DNA of 64,000 bases from Octopus sinensis (Eukaryota), in contig NW_021833746.1 in the NCBI RefSeq assembly GCF_006345805.1, positions 1 through 64,000 on the forward strand, read 5' to 3'. Numbering within the stretch: position 1 is the first letter of the stretch; each line of letters begins with the position of its first letter. Positions 60,494-64,000 of this stretch are shown here, piece after piece. Position numbers and translations under genes: made by a program. The notes under the pieces were generated by a model that ran no database searches, was not told where the DNA came from, and was given only the letters and a program-made list of their open reading frames with translations.

Positions 60494-60744
60494 TATACAT
60501 ATATTATAATATAAATATATATACAGATATATACATACATACATATATATATATGTACACAGATATACATACATTATATATATATATACAGATATACATA
60601 TATATATATATATATACATACATACATATATATATATGTACACAGATATACATACATATATATATATATATATATATGTATGTAATATTATATATTAAAT
60701 ATATATATATTATATACAGATATATACAGATATATATGTATATA

Positions 60745-60819
<75 letters not shown>

Positions 60820-61566
60820 ATATATTATATGCACACGATAACCTGCCATAATTCTTTGGGCTGACACCCAGCTCAATGTGTGCGAGTATTTCTCTCTCCC
60901 CCCTCCTTTCCTTTTGTGTATATGTTTACATATATCTGTATGCATATACGTATACGTTGGTATACGTTTATATATGTATATGTGTGCATACACACACACA
61001 CAACACTCACATGTATACATACATGCACAAACATATGCCTATGTAGTTAGCTGACTATATAATTCTTTAATTTTCATCAATATATTCGTGTGTGTGTGTG
61101 TGTGTATGCATGCATATATATATATATAACGCGTATGTGCATTATGTGCGTGTGTGTGTATATATAATACAACACACATGCACACACACACACGTACTCA
61201 TATATATATTATATATATATATATATATAATATATATCTCCTACATATATTACCTACTCACAAACACTGAAGCCTATTTAGACACAGACATACAGAACTT
61301 TACCCTAATTCTTTAAAACACCTCAGCTATGTTAATAGGACTCCACCCCCCACTTCTGTTTCACTAGAACTCCTCCCTCTCCCCTCATTATATATATACA
61401 TATATATATATATACATATATATATACATATACATACATATATATGTTATATAATATATATATATATAATATAGATATATATATATATATACACATATAT
61501 ATATATGTCCATATATATTATATTATTTATATATATATATACACATATATATATATAACATACATA

Positions 61567-61602
<36 letters not shown>

Positions 61603-61690
61603 TATACACATATATATATATATGTACATATGTAATATATATATATATATATATATATACATATTATTATGTATGTATATATATATATTT
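60200..61690. repeat. (TA)n-dominated microsatellite field
   Basis: Directly visible. Source of the IYIY ORFs. Confidence 0.9.
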
Positions 61691-61739
61691 ATATCCTCAC
61701 AGTTATGAAGTGTACAGATGGTTTTTCTTAAGTGTGCAA

Positions 61740-62355
61740 TGTCTCTCTCTCTCTCTCACACACTCTCTTTTTCTCTCTCTCTCTCTTTATTTCATTCCCT
61801 CTCTTTCTCTTGTCTGCCTCTCTCCTCTGTCTGTCTCTCTCTGTCTTTCTATTTAACTTTCCTTTTCTTCCTTCTTCTGTCTGTCTGTCTGTCTCTGTTT
61901 TTCTCTCTTCTAAATTCTCTGTCTTTGTCTCTCTCTCTCCTTCTCTCTCTTTCACTGTCTCTGTCTTTGTCTCTCTCTCCTTCTCTCTCTCTCTCTTATT
62001 CATTCCCTCTCTTTCTCTTGTCTGCCTCTCTACTCTGTCTGTCTCTCTCTGTCTTTCTATTTAACTTTCCTTTTCTTCCTTCTTCTGTCTGTCTGTCTGT
62101 CTCTGTTTTTCTCTCTAAATTTCTCTGTCTTTGTCTCTCTCTCTCCTTCTCTCTCTTTCACTGTCTCTGTCTTTGTCTCTCTCTCTCCTTCTCTCTCTCT
62201 CACTGTCTCTGCCTTTGTCTCTCTCTCTCCTCTCTCTCTCACTGTCTCTGTCTCTCTCCCTCCCTCTCTCACTGTCTCTGTCTCTCTCCCTCCCTCTCTC
62301 ACTGTCTCTGTCTCTCTCCCTCCCTCTCTCACTGTCTTTGTCTCTCTCTCTCTCT
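61740..62355. repeat. (CT)n-derived higher-order repeat (~209-bp duplication plus ~30-bp units)
   Basis: tttcattccctctttctcttgtctgcc occurs twice, then ctcactgtctctgtctctctccctcc units. Confidence 0.85.
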
Positions 62356-62419
62356 CATATCTTGTTTTATGTATGTAAGAAGTTAAGTAGGTAACAGATA
62401 ACCACCCCAGAACTGCTAC

Positions 62420-64000
62420 AATGCTACCACCACCACCACCACCACCACCACCACCACCACCACCACACCACAACCACGACTACCACCGCCTCAACCACCA
62501 ACACTAATGCTACACTATATCACCACCACCACCACCACAACTGACTGTCACCACCATCACCACCACTATCAGCCACTGCCATCATTCCATGACCACCACT
62601 TCCCACAAGAGCCACTGCTACAGCCATCACCACAACCATCACCACCATCACTGCCTCCACCAGCCACTACTGCCATCATTACTACCACCACCACCACCAC
62701 CACCACCACCACAACCACTGCCGCCGCCACTACCACCTCCACCACCGCCGCCGCCACTACCACCTGCACCGCCGCCACAACCCCCCCTCCCTTTACAGGT
62801 TCAGGCCATAAAAACAACAACCTCTTTTCCCACCACTAACATCAATTTTCCACATTCAATTTCACAGATGAGCTTCGAATAACAACAGCAGTAGTAGTGA
62901 TGGTGGTGGTGGTGGTGGTGGTAGTAGTGGTGATTGATGGTGTTGAAGGGGGGTAATGATGGTAGTGATGGTGGTGGTATTTTTTTAGTGGTGGTAGTGA
63001 TGGTGATGGTGGTGATGGTAGTGGTGGTGGTGATGGTGGTGGTGATTGATGGTATTGAAGGGGGTAATGTTGGTGGTGGTGATGATTGATGTGGTGGTCA
63101 TAATGATAATGTTGGTAGTAGTAGTAGTAGTAGTAGTGGTAGTGGTAGTGATAGTGATGGTCACAGCAATTGTAATGGTAGTGGTGGTGGTGTTAATATC
63201 AGTGATGGTGGTGGTGGTGGTAGAGGTGGTTGTGATGGTGATGGTTGTGGTGATGATTGATGGTGGTGGTTGTGGTGGTAGTAGTAGTAGTGGTCATAGC
63301 GATGGTAGTGGTGGTGGTGGTAGAGGTGGTTGTGATGGTGATGGTTGTGGTGATGATTGATGGTGGTGGTTGTGGTGGTAGTAGTAGTAGTGGTCATAGC
63401 GATGGTAGTGGTGGTGGTGGTGGTAGAGGTGGTTGTGATGGTGATGGTTGTGGTGATGATTGATGGTGGTGGTGGTGGTAGTAGTAGTAGTAGTGGTCAT
63501 AGCGATGGTAGTGGTGGTGGTGGTGGTAGAGGTGGTTGTGATGGTTGTGGGGGGGGGGGGTTGTGGTGATGATTGATGGTGGTGGTTTGGTGGTAGTAGT
63601 TAGTAGTGGTCTAGCGATGGTAGTGGTGGTGGTGGTGGTAGAGGTGGTTTGTATGGTGATGGTTGTTGGTGATGATTGATGGGGTTGGTGGTTGGTTAGT
63701 AGTAGTAGTGGTCATAGCGATGGTAGTGGTGTGGTGTAGTAGTAGAGGTGGTTGTGATGGTGATGGTTGTGGTGATGATTGATGGTGGTGGTTGTGGTGG
63801 TAGTAGTAGTAGTAGTCATAGCGATGGTAGTGGTGGTGGTGGTGGTAGAGGTGGTTGTGATGGTGATGGTTGTGGTGATGATTGATGGTGGTGGTTGTGG
63901 TGGTAGTAGTAGTAGTGGTCATAGCGATGGTAGTGGTGGTGGTGGTGGTAGAGGTGGTTGTGATGGTGATTGTTGTGGTGATGATTGATGGTGGTGGTGG
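62420..64000. repeat. (CCA)n then (GGT)n tracts with a ~103-bp higher-order array from ~63190 to the window end
   Basis: gtcatagcgatgg anchor near 63293, 63393, 63496, 63609, 63712, 63815 and 63918. Confidence 0.92.

Overview
AT-rich, microsatellite- and repeat-saturated animal genomic DNA. The SINE repertoire looks like Octopus (inference from recalled repeats, no search run). One protein-coding gene is supported. It is a plus-strand, spliced PTB-domain adaptor resembling SH2D5 (tensin-related PTB family), with six exons at 8939-9019, 16471-16545, 18310-18456, 30411-30752, 32380-32778 and 52382-53064. These give 1727 nt (about 575 aa) in one continuous frame. Its start codon and its SH2/3' exons were not found. 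Nearly all long ORFs in the supplied track are microsatellite or SINE artefacts. The introns hold at least 25 copies of a bipartite tRNA-headed SINE (family A), a Meta-domain-like SINE (B), an (ATG)n-tailed SINE (C) and rarer SINEs. They also hold decayed RTE, CR1-like, Dong/R4-like and Penelope-like (GIY-YIG) retroelements, a maT/mariner fragment, hAT and piggyBac-like MITEs, and Helentron-like elements. The most unusual structures are: two SINE-born tandem arrays (145 and 100 bp units); several perfect palindromes; two near-identical ~240-bp inverted duplications 3.5-3.8 kb apart, one bracketing exon 6; a (TAA)n-targeted non-coding retroelement next to a Dong/R4 fragment; and degenerate hammerhead ribozyme cores. 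Repeat boundaries are approximate to about 10 bp. Exon boundaries were read to the base.
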